This document shows, in pieces, positions 54,343-64,000 of a stretch of DNA of 64,000 nucleotides. The first letter of the stretch is position 1. Every line of letters starts with the position of its first letter. A model generated the notes under the pieces. That model searched no databases, was not told the DNA's origin, and saw only the letters and a list, made by a program, of their open reading frames with translations. Location of the stretch: the NCBI GenBank assembly GCA_040905465.1, contig JBBDRK010000043.1, positions 1 to 64,000 on the forward strand, in the 5' to 3' direction. The DNA is from Trueperaceae bacterium. GTDB lineage: Bacteria > Deinococcota > Deinococci > Deinococcales > Trueperaceae. The position numbers were made by a program, and so were the translations under genes.

Positions 54343-55296
54343 ATGTTGATCTATACGGCCCGTCGGTTCCTGCAACTCACCCCGTTGCTCCTCGGAGTCA
54401 TCCTTGTCGTGATGCTTCTGCCACGGCTGATTCCTGGCGACGTGGTAACGATCATGCTTGGCACCGAGTCCGTGATATCGCCGGAACGGGCTGCCGAGAT
54501 GCGAACTCTGCTCGGCCTCGATCGGAGTTTGCCACAGCAGTACTGGGACTATCTCACCGATCTGGCCCAGGGCGATCTGGGGAGGTCTCTAAGAACCGGG
54601 CGTCCGCTCGGTCCGGTGATCGCAGACCGGTTTCTTCTCAGCGCCAATGTGGCTCTGTTGGCGCTCGCGATGGCCATCATCGTCGGAATTCCACTGGGTG
54701 TTCTCGGCGCCCGCCACCGGAGGTCGCGCTTCAGCGTGTTGCTGCAGACCTTCAATCTCCTGGGGTTATCGCTACCTACCTTCTGGACCGGAACGATTCT
54801 CCTGCTCGTCGCTACCTTCTATTTCGACGACGTCTTTCCGACGATCGGATCGGCCGGTGCCGGTGCACCGTGGTACGAACACCTGCGCTATGCGTTCCTG
54901 CCGAGCCTCACTCTGGCGATCCCCGTTGCCGCGGTGCTGGCTCGAATCACCCAGTCGGCAATGATCGAGGTGCTGGCACAGGACTACATTACGGTTGCAC
55001 GCGCCAAAGGCGTTGCTGAGCGGCTGGTTTTCTACAAGCATGCGTTGAGGAACTCCTTGATCCCGGTCGTCACCGAGCTGGGCTTGCAGGCAGGACTCAT
55101 TCTCGGCGGGGTCGTGACGATCGAATTGGTCTTCTCTTACCCCGGGATCGGATTACTGGTGCTGACCGCCATCGGTCAACGCGACTATCCGATCCTCCAG
55201 TCCGTTCTCCTGATCGTGAGCTTCCTGTTCTTCGTCATAAACTTCCTGGTCGATCTCTCCTACGCCTTGCTCAATCCGCGGATCACCTACTCGTGA
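54343..55296 (+). CDS. Dpp/Opp-family ABC permease (DppB-like)
   Basis: GDLGRS, DYITVARAKG, HALRN, RDYP, LNPRI. Confidence 0.93.
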   Translation: MLIYTARRFLQLTPLLLGVILVVMLLPRLIPGDVVTIMLGTESVISPERAAEMRTLLGLDRSLPQQYWDYLTDLAQGDLGRSLRTGRPLGPVIADRFLLSANVALLALAMAIIVGIPLGVLGARHRRSRFSVLLQTFNLLGLSLPTFWTGTILLLVATFYFDDVFPTIGSAGAGAPWYEHLRYAFLPSLTLAIPVAAVLARITQSAMIEVLAQDYITVARAKGVAERLVFYKHALRNSLIPVVTELGLQAGLILGGVVTIELVFSYPGIGLLVLTAIGQRDYPILQSVLLIVSFLFFVINFLVDLSYALLNPRITYS

Positions 55297-56144
55297 CCCA
55301 CAGACGCTGGCGACTCATGACCAAGCCCTTCAGGCAGAGCGCCGAGCTGTCTATCGGCACGTTCATGCTCGTAGGGCTTGCCGCGCTGTTCCTGGTAGGC
55401 CCGTCTCTGGCACCCTATCCGCCATCGCGCATGGGCGTGGGACCTCCGTTCGCGCCGGCGTTCGAGAGTGGACACCTGTTGGGCACCGACGAGCTCGGGA
55501 GGGACGTCCTGTCGCGGGTCGTGCACGGCACGCGCTACTCGCTCCTGGTCACCCTCGCGTCGGCGGTCCTCGCCACGGTGGTAGGCGGCTTCCTCGGGAT
55601 GCTCTCAGGGTACTACTCGGGTTGGCTGGACATCGGGGTCATGCGCCTGGCAGACCTGCTGCTGTCGTTCCCCGGGCTCCTGTTGGCGATCGTGATCGTA
55701 GCCATAATGGGACCCGGCATCACCAACACCGCGATCGTGATCGGCGCAGTGTACGCTCCTCGCGTCGCCCGCATCAGCCGTGGTGCCGTGTTGGCGGCGA
55801 AGGAGAATGACTACGTTACCGCCGCCACCGCCCTCGGCGTGCGCTCGCTGAGGGTCCTCATGCGGCACATCCTTCCCAACATCCTGCCCACGGTCGCAAT
55901 CTATATGAGCCTGCTCCTTGCATACGGGCTCCTCTTCGAAGCCTCGCTGTCGTTCCTGGGCCTGGGCGTGCAGCCGCCGTTGCCTTCATGGGGCGGCATG
56001 CTGCGCTCTGCCCGCACGTTCATCCAGATCGCCCCCGGCCTTTCGATCTGGCCCGGTTTGGCGATTCTGTATGCGGTGCTGACCTTTTTCTTCCTTTCCG
56101 AAGGCCTTCGTGCCGTTCTGGACCCGAGGCTTCGCGATCGGTGA
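55293..56144 (+). CDS. Dpp/Opp-family ABC permease (DppC-like)
   Basis: HLLGTDELGRD, HILPN, LSFLGLG, WGGML. Confidence 0.93.
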   Translation: MTHRRWRLMTKPFRQSAELSIGTFMLVGLAALFLVGPSLAPYPPSRMGVGPPFAPAFESGHLLGTDELGRDVLSRVVHGTRYSLLVTLASAVLATVVGGFLGMLSGYYSGWLDIGVMRLADLLLSFPGLLLAIVIVAIMGPGITNTAIVIGAVYAPRVARISRGAVLAAKENDYVTAATALGVRSLRVLMRHILPNILPTVAIYMSLLLAYGLLFEASLSFLGLGVQPPLPSWGGMLRSARTFIQIAPGLSIWPGLAILYAVLTFFFLSEGLRAVLDPRLRDR

Positions 56145-56187
56145 GAGCGACTCGGTCTACTCGTAACCCTGAACCGGAGGAGTCCGA

Positions 56188-57720
56188 ATGAACGTATGGG
56201 TTCTCTCGCTCGATATAGGCACCACCTCTGTGAAGGCGGCGGCCGTTACGCTCGATGGGCAGTCGCTCGCTTCAAGGACCTCCCCGTACCGCACCCACCG
56301 GCCGCGCCCGAACGTAGTCGAGCATGATCCGAACGACTGGTGGGCGGCGACCCGAAAGGCCTGTGCCGAGCTGTTCGGCGCCTCCGGTGTCGAGCCGTCG
56401 GACCTGGTCGCCGTCGGGCTGAGCGGGATGGCGGCCACGCATGTGCTGCTTGGAGCCGACGGTGGCCTGATGGGTCCCGCCATCATCTGGCAGGACACCC
56501 GGGCAACGCGTGAAGCAGCTCGGTTGAATGAGCAACTTGGCGAAGATGGGATTCGCGCCGCACTCGGGTCCGGCATCGGCATGACGGCCTCGATGCAGGG
56601 CGCCCGCATGCTGTGGCTGCACGAAAATGCGCCCGAACTCCTGGCTGGAACGCGCCACATCCTGGGCTCGAAGGATTACCTTCTCTACCTGCTCACAGGG
56701 GAGCTGGCCACCGATAGGACCTCGTGCAGTGGCTTGTGCCATATTCTTACCGGGGAGTTGCATGCGGCGATGGCGAGCGCGACCGGCGTCGATGCAAGCC
56801 TCCTTCCGCCACGGCTGGACCCGACAACCGTCGGAGGTCGTGTCACAGCGGGGGCGTCTCGCGCAACGGGCATTCCCGAGGGGACACCGGTTGCGGTGGG
56901 AATGATCGACTCCTGGTGCAATATCCTTGGCGCCGCCGTCACCGATCCCGGCGACGCGTTCGATACCGCCGGCACGGCGGAGGTCGTAGGTGTGGCGGCT
57001 GCCGCCAACTCCAGGCTGGCCCAGACGTCCGAGCGCCAGTTCCTCACCGAGGTGGCGCTGTCGTACGGTGTCACCCAGTGCGGAACGGACGCATTGACCT
57101 GGTACGGGGAGGTTTTTCCTGAGCATGGTGCCGATGGCGCCCAGCTCGGTGAGGATTCGCTCTATCGTCATCTGGATGGCCTGGCGGACTCGGCTGCCCC
57201 CGGAGCCGACGGACTGATCTTCCTCCCATACCTGCAGGGGGAACGGGCCCCCTTCTCGGACTCCCGCGTACGGGCCGGGTTCCACGGGGTTCACCGGGGT
57301 CACCGCCGTCCCGATTTCGTCCGTTCTGTGCTCGAGGGAGTCGCTTTCAGCGTGCGTCATGTCCTGGAGGCGCACGAGGAGCTCGGTGAGGTCCAGGCAA
57401 GTCAGGTAGTGGTGACCAGTGGCGGATCGAAGAGCCGGCTGTGGAACCAGATCAAGGCGGACGTGGTGGGCCGGCCGTTCGCCAGCCTCGAAGTCAGCGA
57501 CGCCGGGTCGGTCGGTGCCGCTATACTCGGCGCGGTTGCCGTCGGACGGTATTCGATTACGGAGGGGGTAGAGCGAATGGTCCGTATTGCCACCGTGTCC
57601 GAGCCCCAGCCGGGGCTTCGCGACCGATACGACGAACTCTACGGGTTGTATCTGCAGCTCGGCACGACGTTGCGAGACGTCCATCATCGGATCGCCGACT
57701 ATCAGGCACGGGAAGGGTGA
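56188..57720 (+). CDS. FGGY carbohydrate kinase (xylulokinase-like)
   Basis: DIGTTSVKA, AIIWQDTR, SKDY, FLPYLQGERAP, SVLEGV, GGSKS..WNQIKAD. Confidence 0.9.
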   Translation: MNVWVLSLDIGTTSVKAAAVTLDGQSLASRTSPYRTHRPRPNVVEHDPNDWWAATRKACAELFGASGVEPSDLVAVGLSGMAATHVLLGADGGLMGPAIIWQDTRATREAARLNEQLGEDGIRAALGSGIGMTASMQGARMLWLHENAPELLAGTRHILGSKDYLLYLLTGELATDRTSCSGLCHILTGELHAAMASATGVDASLLPPRLDPTTVGGRVTAGASRATGIPEGTPVAVGMIDSWCNILGAAVTDPGDAFDTAGTAEVVGVAAAANSRLAQTSERQFLTEVALSYGVTQCGTDALTWYGEVFPEHGADGAQLGEDSLYRHLDGLADSAAPGADGLIFLPYLQGERAPFSDSRVRAGFHGVHRGHRRPDFVRSVLEGVAFSVRHVLEAHEELGEVQASQVVVTSGGSKSRLWNQIKADVVGRPFASLEVSDAGSVGAAILGAVAVGRYSITEGVERMVRIATVSEPQPGLRDRYDELYGLYLQLGTTLRDVHHRIADYQAREG

Positions 57721-57795
57721 AGCGGTGCTAAAACTCGAAGCCGGCACATCTTGCCCTCCAATCGACGCGGCACATGCACTGTCTGGGGGAGGCTC

Positions 57796-58494
57796 ATGGC
57801 CAGGCTAGCCGCGTCGCTTCTCGCTGCCGACCCCGGGCGGCTGGCAGAGGCAACGATAGCCGCCGACGAGTTCGGTATACCCGTATTGCACCTCGATGCC
57901 GTCGACGGCCACTTCGCCAGGTGGATAGCCTTTGGACCTGATACGGTCGCCGCCCTGCGCCCGTTGTTCAAGGGCTTCTTCGATGTGCACCTGATGCTCA
58001 TGCAGCCGGAGCGGCACATCGAGCGCTATGCCGAGGCCGGAGCGGACGGGATGACGGTTCACCTCGACGCTACCCTTCACCATCATCGGCACCTCGGTTC
58101 GATCCGCAAGCTCGGCTGCGAAGCGGGCGTGGCTATCAGTCCCGGCACCCCGATCGAAGCCGCCCTGGAGCTGTTCCAGCTCGAGTCGGTCGATCGCCTG
58201 CTCATCATGAGTGTCAATCCCGGATTCGCAGCGGCACCGTTTCTGGAGAATCTGTTGCGGAAGGTCGACCGTGCCAGACGGTTACGGGACGAAAACGGGT
58301 GGCACTTTCAGATATCGGTCGATGGCGGGATGAACATTCAAAACGTCGGGCCGGTCGTCGATGCCGGGGCCGACGTTATAGTCAGCGGCAGCGGCCTCTA
58401 CTCCGGTCCGTCGTTCGCAGAGAGTGCCAGGGCCCTGATGGATGCCCTCGAGCAGCGGTTTGATGAAGACGGTCGGCGCGATCAGGCGGTATAA
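57796..58494 (+). CDS. rpe: Ribulose-phosphate 3-epimerase family, paralog 2
   Basis: HLDAVDGHF, DVHLM, MSVNPG, SVDGG; GGAGG RBS before ATG 57796. Confidence 0.85.
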   Translation: MARLAASLLAADPGRLAEATIAADEFGIPVLHLDAVDGHFARWIAFGPDTVAALRPLFKGFFDVHLMLMQPERHIERYAEAGADGMTVHLDATLHHHRHLGSIRKLGCEAGVAISPGTPIEAALELFQLESVDRLLIMSVNPGFAAAPFLENLLRKVDRARRLRDENGWHFQISVDGGMNIQNVGPVVDAGADVIVSGSGLYSGPSFAESARALMDALEQRFDEDGRRDQAV

Positions 58495-59276
58495 CCGCCG
58501 TCGACGGCCAGGATGGCTCCGGTAGTGTATCCGGCGTCGTCACAGGCAAAGTAGGCGATGGCCGCTGCGATCTCCTGCGGTGTCCCCAGTCTGCCGGCGG
58601 GCCGCGTCGCATAGCGTGCCAGAGCGGCCTGCGGATCGGGGGTGAGCGCCACCGCGTTCAGAACCATGGGCGTACGCGTCGTTCCAGGGCAGACGCAATT
58701 CACCCGCACGCCGTCATCGGCCAGATCGAGTGCCATGCAGCGCGTGAGCTCGACCACGGCCGCCTTGGCTGCACAGTATCCCGCCAGCCCTCGTATTCCT
58801 TTCAGGCCCGCCTCCGAAGAGACGTTTACGATGGCGCCGCGGCCCTGCCGCTTCATGATCCGGGCCCCTTCACGGGCGCAGTAGAACGTCCCGGTGAGGT
58901 TGACAGCTATCAGCTCGTTCCACACGTCGCTGGACGTCTCGTCTGCAGCGCCGCGCGTCAGCAGCCCGGCCGAGTTCACGAGCACCGTAGGAGAACCCAA
59001 TCGCGACTCCACTTCGGCAAAGGCGTTCTCGACGCTGCCGTCGTCGGTCACGTCGCAGCGAACCCACTCACCCTGCGGAGCATCGCTCGGCAGTCGTCGC
59101 AGAACTTTGCGTGCCGCCTTCTCGTCGCGGCTGAGTATCGCCACTCTGGCACCGGACGAAGCGAGCAGTTCGGCGGTGGCCGCGCCTATACCGCTCGAGC
59201 CGCCGACCACCACTGCTACATGGCCCGCGAAGTCGTAGCGTATTGAAGCCCGAGCCGTTCCTTGCGATTCCGTCAT
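58482..59276 (-). CDS. SDR oxidoreductase
   Basis: GGSSGIG, NSAG, YCAAK, VDGGYTA. Confidence 0.9.
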   Translation of the reverse strand: MTESQGTARASIRYDFAGHVAVVVGGSSGIGAATAELLASSGARVAILSRDEKAARKVLRRLPSDAPQGEWVRCDVTDDGSVENAFAEVESRLGSPTVLVNSAGLLTRGAADETSSDVWNELIAVNLTGTFYCAREGARIMKRQGRGAIVNVSSEAGLKGIRGLAGYCAAKAAVVELTRCMALDLADDGVRVNCVCPGTTRTPMVLNAVALTPDPQAALARYATRPAGRLGTPQEIAAAIAYFACDDAGYTTGAILAVDGGYTA

Positions 59277-59302
59277 GAGCAAACCTCCGCCGTCCACGGC
59301 GC

Positions 59303-60418
59303 CTAGCGGCGAGAAAAGTCGAAACCGGAGTCAATACCCCCGATGGCGGATGCCAGAAGCTCGATCAGGCCATCGAGGTCGGCAAGGTCCGTGGTTTCGA
59401 TCGGGGTATGCGCGTAGCGCCGAGGGGTTCCGACATCTATACAGGCGACGCCTTCCCCCACGAGCTGTACGTATGCGGCGTCCGTGAGTCCCCCGAACCC
59501 TGCATTGCGTTGGAGCGGGACACCGGTTGCTTTGGCCGTACCCTCGATCAGACGAACCAGTGCCGGGTGCGGCAGTAGTCCGTTTAGTGTGCCCCTACCG
59601 TGGAAGTTGTAAAGCGACATGGTTGGCCCTTCGCCCAACCTCACATGACTCATTCCATAGAGATCAGGGGTGTCCGCGGCCGCTCCCCCATCGACGCAGA
59701 TCGCGATGTCTGGACGAAGCGCATTGGCCGCGGGCTGTGCGCCCCTGAGGTTGAATTCCTCCTGCACGGTGGCGACCACATGGACGGTTGCAGCCGGTTT
59801 TTTGACATGCAACTCCCGAAGGACCTCGAGGATTACCAGGCAGCCGCTACGGTTGTCGACGGCCGTGCCACTCACCCGGTTCTTTCCCAACCATTGGGCG
59901 TGACCCACGTAGGTGACGGGATCTCCGATCTGCACCCCCATCTCGCGCACTTCTTCGGCACTCGTCGCCCCGAGGTCGAGGAACAACTCGGCTAGCGGCG
60001 TAACACGCAGCTTCTCTTCCGCCGGGGTTACGTGATGGGCCTTCACGGCGATGACTGCGGGGACGTCAGTGCCGTCGCTGGTAGAGACGACCACGCGCAG
60101 CGCGGGAAGGACCTTCTCCGGAATGCCTCCGAGACGGTAGACGCGCACGAACCCGTCGTCTTCGATCTTCCGCACGATGAACCCGAGCGAGTCCATGTGG
60201 GCGAAGAGCATCACCGTGGGAGCGGCAGGATCGCTGCCGTTCACCGTGGCGATGACGTTCCCTAGTCGGTCTTCACGGACCTCATCGGCGAACGGTTGCA
60301 TGTTGTCCGCCATGAACGACGCCACTCTTTGTTCGTGTCCGGCGAGCCCCTGCAGGCGCATGAGATCGAACAGCAGCGTGCTGCGCCTATCCCTCTGGTC
60401 CGGTTGATTACTATCCAT
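59303..60418 (-). CDS. M42 family metallohydrolase (SgcX/FrvX-like)
   Basis: FAHMD, DNRSG, TVQEE, YNFHGRGTLNG, GLTDA, RYAHTP. Confidence 0.88.
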   Translation of the reverse strand: MDSNQPDQRDRRSTLLFDLMRLQGLAGHEQRVASFMADNMQPFADEVREDRLGNVIATVNGSDPAAPTVMLFAHMDSLGFIVRKIEDDGFVRVYRLGGIPEKVLPALRVVVSTSDGTDVPAVIAVKAHHVTPAEEKLRVTPLAELFLDLGATSAEEVREMGVQIGDPVTYVGHAQWLGKNRVSGTAVDNRSGCLVILEVLRELHVKKPAATVHVVATVQEEFNLRGAQPAANALRPDIAICVDGGAAADTPDLYGMSHVRLGEGPTMSLYNFHGRGTLNGLLPHPALVRLIEGTAKATGVPLQRNAGFGGLTDAAYVQLVGEGVACIDVGTPRRYAHTPIETTDLADLDGLIELLASAIGGIDSGFDFSRR

Positions 60419-60474
60419 GCTTGCTCACGCTCCTTGTGTGCCAAGAGACTCGTATAGGGTCGAACAGAGGTCGG

Positions 60475-61206
60475 CTATCCGGTCCGCCTCATCAGGCTGA
60501 AGGTTTGGCCGGAGGGGCCGGGGGCTGGGCAGCTAGCCAGGTACAGCGCCAGAGGCACGACATCGTCGGGGTTTTTGATCCACTCCGAGCCAACGTTCAT
60601 GACCGAACCCGAGCCCTTCTCGGCGACGGTCATCTCGGTCCGTACCGGACCGGGAATGAGCTCGTTGACGGATATACCGTACGGAGCGAGTTCGTCGGAC
60701 AATAGTCTGGTGAGTGCCCAAAGTGCAGCCTTCGAGCAGATGTATGACGAGTTGCTGTTGCGGGCATGGTGTCCCGTTCCCGATCCGATCGTCACAACGC
60801 GCCCTCCTGAACTCGACTTCAGGTATGGGATCGCGAGCCGAATACAGTGATACGCCCCAGTGAGGTTGACAGCGATGGTCTGCTGCCAAGCCAGGGGATC
60901 GCTCTCTTCTACCGGACGCTGGTCTACGTTGATCCCCGCGTTCACTACCAGCAGGTCGAGTCGGGCCGCGTCGCCCGTTAGCTCTCTGATCGCTCGCTCC
61001 ACTGAGCCGGGGTCGGTGACGTCGGCCTCCAATGGAAGCGCCTTGCCGCCGGCGCTCTCTATGGCAGCACTGGTCGTCCGGATGTCGTCGCGGTTGCGGC
61101 CAAGGCACCCGACGAGCGCGCCTTCCGCGCCATAGGCGCGTGCAATTGCCGCCCCTATGCCGCGACTGGCCCCGGTAACGAGTGCGATCTTCCCTTGTAG
61201 TCGCAT
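60475..61206 (-). CDS. SDR oxidoreductase
   Basis: TGASRGIG, NAG, YICSK, NELIPGPV. Confidence 0.9.
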   Translation of the reverse strand: MRLQGKIALVTGASRGIGAAIARAYGAEGALVGCLGRNRDDIRTTSAAIESAGGKALPLEADVTDPGSVERAIRELTGDAARLDLLVVNAGINVDQRPVEESDPLAWQQTIAVNLTGAYHCIRLAIPYLKSSSGGRVVTIGSGTGHHARNSNSSYICSKAALWALTRLLSDELAPYGISVNELIPGPVRTEMTVAEKGSGSVMNVGSEWIKNPDDVVPLALYLASCPAPGPSGQTFSLMRRTG

Positions 61207-61253
61207 GGCCTCACCTTCTTTGGTCGGGTTGCGAACTGGCGAGCTGGCGTTCG

Positions 61254-62039
61254 TTACCAGGACGTATACCCGCCGTCTATCACGAGATTTGTGCCTGTTG
61301 CATATGAGGAAGCGTCGGAAGCCAGATAGAGTACTGCCCGGGCGACTTCGAGAGGCTCACCGACCCTCCCCATGGGGGTCATGCTGACCCACGTTTCCGC
61401 CCAGGCAGGATTGGCCATACCCCGCTTGGTCAAGGCGGTGCCGATATAGCCTGGCGACACCGAGTTCACCCGCACGTTGCGCCCAGCCCACTCTGTCGCC
61501 AACGACTTGGTAAGCATGATGACCCCGGCCTTCGAAACGTTGTAATGGACCTGCGGCTGCGGCTTGTTGGCAACGAGGCCGGACATGGACGCGATATTCA
61601 CGATGACTCCGGCTTCCTTCCGGAGCATGTGCCGCCCTACCTCGCGGCACATCCAGAAGGCACCGTTGAGGTTCACGTCGAGCACATCGCGCCACTCGGT
61701 ATCCGCGATCTCTTCCGCGGCGGTGTTGTATACGATCCCGGCATTGTTGACCAGCACGTCGATCCGGGAGAAGTCGTCGACCACATTGGCGACCACGTCA
61801 CGAACCTGTTCCGGATCACGCACGTCCAATTCGTACGATGCTGCCTTCGCCCCGGTTCGACCCAGCTCCTCGGCCGCCGTTCGGCCGGCTTTGCCGTCGA
61901 ACTCGGCGATGGCGACGTCGGCTCCCGCAGCAGCCAGAAGGTCGGCGATCGCCCGGCCGATTCCCCGACCAGCGCCGGTTATCAGTGCTGTACGCCCCGC
62001 CAGGCTCGTATGCGGTTCGCTGCTCGGTCTCCCATTCAC
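61254..62039 (-). CDS. SDR oxidoreductase (polyol/ketose reductase-like)
   Basis: TGAGRGIG, NNAG, SMSGLVANKPQPQVHYNVSK, DGGYTSW. Confidence 0.9.
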   Translation of the reverse strand: MNGRPSSEPHTSLAGRTALITGAGRGIGRAIADLLAAAGADVAIAEFDGKAGRTAAEELGRTGAKAASYELDVRDPEQVRDVVANVVDDFSRIDVLVNNAGIVYNTAAEEIADTEWRDVLDVNLNGAFWMCREVGRHMLRKEAGVIVNIASMSGLVANKPQPQVHYNVSKAGVIMLTKSLATEWAGRNVRVNSVSPGYIGTALTKRGMANPAWAETWVSMTPMGRVGEPLEVARAVLYLASDASSYATGTNLVIDGGYTSW

Positions 62040-62097
62040 TGTCGTCGCCTCCCGAACGAAAGTGGCGGCCTGACAGAAGAACGCAGAACGGCGTCGA

Positions 62098-63528
62098 TCA
62101 TCGCCACTCGCGACTCCAATCCGCGGTTGTCCGGTTGCTCTCTATGAGCCACTCGCGAAGTACCGAAAGGAGTTCCTGTTTGATGTGACCGCTCGCAGGG
62201 TCGTCCCACAGGTTGCGTGTCTCCTCCGGGTCATCGGTCAGGTCGAACAGTTGGCCGAACGCCTCTTGGTGGAAGTGCACCAACTTCCATTCGACAGACC
62301 TGACCATAGTCATGAAGGAGGTCTCGTTCAGGATGAAGTCTCGCCCCTGCTCGGCGAACACGTAGTCGCGTCCTTCGCTGCTGATGCCGGTAAGAACCGG
62401 CATCAGCGAACGCGCTTCCATGTGAGACGGAGGATCTATTCCGGCCAGCTGAAGGATCGTTGGGCCGAGGTCCATCCACTGGAATAGCTGGTCGAACACC
62501 TCACCGGCCGGAATCCTGCCCGGACTCCAAACGATCGCTGGAACCCGAGTGACGATGTCGTACATTGTCCACTTCTGGCTGTGGCCGTGGTCCCCGAGAC
62601 AGTCGCCGTGGTCTGAGGTGAAGATCACGACAGCATCGTCCAGATAGCCTCTCTCTTCGAGCTTGGCGAAGATCGCGCCGACCTTCTCGTCGATCAAGGT
62701 CACGTTTGCCAGGTAGTGGGCGCGGACCCGTCTGAGCTTCTCCGGAGACGCATCCAGGTCGAATACGACGGCGTCATGGTCGACTTCTGCATGATTGCGC
62801 CGTAGCGCATGCAACGGCGGCGGTTGCAGGTCTAACTCCGGGGCCGTCACACCTTGGATCGGCAGCTCCTTCTCGAGGTAGGGATCGACGTATCGCTGCG
62901 GCGGGTCATAGGGAGGATGGGGCCCAGGGAAGCCGATCTCCATAAACAGCGGTTCCTGCTTCGGTTGCTTATCGAGCCACCAGCATGCGAGGTCGCCGAC
63001 AAAGGTGTCGGGATGCAGGTCCTCGGGAAGCTCCCAGGGGATAGCTCCCATCTCCTCGTCGTAGTCGGGGCGGTTGCGATAGCTGACACGCCCCGGCTTA
63101 TCTAGGCCTCGGGCGTGGAGCGCCTTGTCCCACTCGTCGAGATACAGTTCCGCTCCGAAATGACGATCCTTGTTCTCGACGACATAGCGCTCGTGGAAGC
63201 CCAGCGGAGTTTCGGGAGGGAAGGTGTGCATCTTGCCGATATTCACACAGCGGTAGCCGGCATCCGCGAGGAGTTCGACCCAGGAGTGTTTCCACTGGTC
63301 CTCGTTCTTGAAGACACCGGTAGTATGCGGATAGTGGCCGGAAAAGAGGCTGGCACGAGAAGGAGCGCAGCTCGGCGCGGTTATGTGGCAGTTGGCCAGC
63401 ACTGCTCCCTCGTTCGCCAGACGATCGAGGTGCGGGGTGTCGACGAAGGGGAACCCCAGTGCAGCGATGGTGTCATACCGCTGCTGGTCCGTGATGATTA
63501 GGATGATGTTGGGGGGGCCGGCTGTCAT
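62098..63528 (-). CDS. Cys-type formylglycine-dependent sulfatase
   Basis: PNIILIITDQQR, CAPSRASL, GKMH, PHPPYD, SDHGD, LFDLTDDP. Confidence 0.92.
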   Translation of the reverse strand: MTAGPPNIILIITDQQRYDTIAALGFPFVDTPHLDRLANEGAVLANCHITAPSCAPSRASLFSGHYPHTTGVFKNEDQWKHSWVELLADAGYRCVNIGKMHTFPPETPLGFHERYVVENKDRHFGAELYLDEWDKALHARGLDKPGRVSYRNRPDYDEEMGAIPWELPEDLHPDTFVGDLACWWLDKQPKQEPLFMEIGFPGPHPPYDPPQRYVDPYLEKELPIQGVTAPELDLQPPPLHALRRNHAEVDHDAVVFDLDASPEKLRRVRAHYLANVTLIDEKVGAIFAKLEERGYLDDAVVIFTSDHGDCLGDHGHSQKWTMYDIVTRVPAIVWSPGRIPAGEVFDQLFQWMDLGPTILQLAGIDPPSHMEARSLMPVLTGISSEGRDYVFAEQGRDFILNETSFMTMVRSVEWKLVHFHQEAFGQLFDLTDDPEETRNLWDDPASGHIKQELLSVLREWLIESNRTTADWSREWR

Positions 63529-63580
63529 ACTCGACACCTTTCGACACTCACAAGTTCGGCCGCCTGCAAGCCGGCGACAG

Positions 63581-64000
63581 CTAGCCTTCGGAAGTAATCG
63601 CGACCTTCAGGCCGATCTGATTGCCTGCAGCTTCGAATGCCTCGACAGTCTTCGCGAGTGGAAAGGTGTGCGTTATCACCTGACGGCCGTCCACCTTACC
63701 CTCTGCCAGCATCTTCAGGGCACGGCGCGAATGTTCGACACCGGCGTTGGAGGTTCCGAATACGAAGATCTGGCGATAGTGGATCTTGTTGGTGTCGAGT
63801 GCGACCTCTTTGGTGCCGAAAGGGAGACCGGCAAAGAATGAGACCGTGCCACCGGCTCGTACCAGATCGAGAGACTGTTGCTGGGCCACTGGAACCGGGG
63901 CAGCGACGATCACCACGTCTGCTCCCAGGCCGTCGGTAGCAGCAAGCACCTCGGCCACGACATCCTGTCTCGACGCATTGATGAGTGTGGCCGAGAGATC
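63581..64000 (-). CDS. Zinc-dependent polyol/alcohol dehydrogenase, C-terminal part (runs off the window)
   Basis: TDGLGADVVIVAA, GGTVSFFAGLP, IHYRQ, ITHTFPL, KVAI. Confidence 0.85.
   Translation of the reverse strand, partial: DLSATLINASRQDVVAEVLAATDGLGADVVIVAAPVPVAQQQSLDLVRAGGTVSFFAGLPFGTKEVALDTNKIHYRQIFVFGTSNAGVEHSRRALKMLAEGKVDGRQVITHTFPLAKTVEAFEAAGNQIGLKVAITSEG

Overview
GC-rich bacterial DNA. Several genes start 5-9 nt after a -10-like hexamer, which together with the gene content suggests Deinococcota (Trueperaceae-like); this is an inference. The window is mostly a mosaic of catabolic operons for sugars, sugar acids and amines: LacI/IclR regulators, three ABC importers lacking ATPases, two sulfatases, five SDRs, kdgK/eda, melA, a gabT/gabD-like amine cluster and an sgcX/rpe-like cluster. 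It starts with the end of an IS3-family element and an AT-richer segment, and contains about eight broken or remnant genes. The most distinctive block is 20.2-32.1 kb. It holds an AfsR/SARP-type BTAD-NB-ARC-TPR regulator, a divergent 59-aa leaderless gene, two novel lipoproteins (one of 1698 aa) and a beta-propeller/di-heme cytochrome c lipoprotein. Three promoter regions in this block share an 11-bp-period KTAAH direct repeat, pointing to a self-contained signal-responsive surface-protein regulon. No rRNA, tRNA or CRISPR array was seen. All assignments come from motif recognition by eye; no searches were run.
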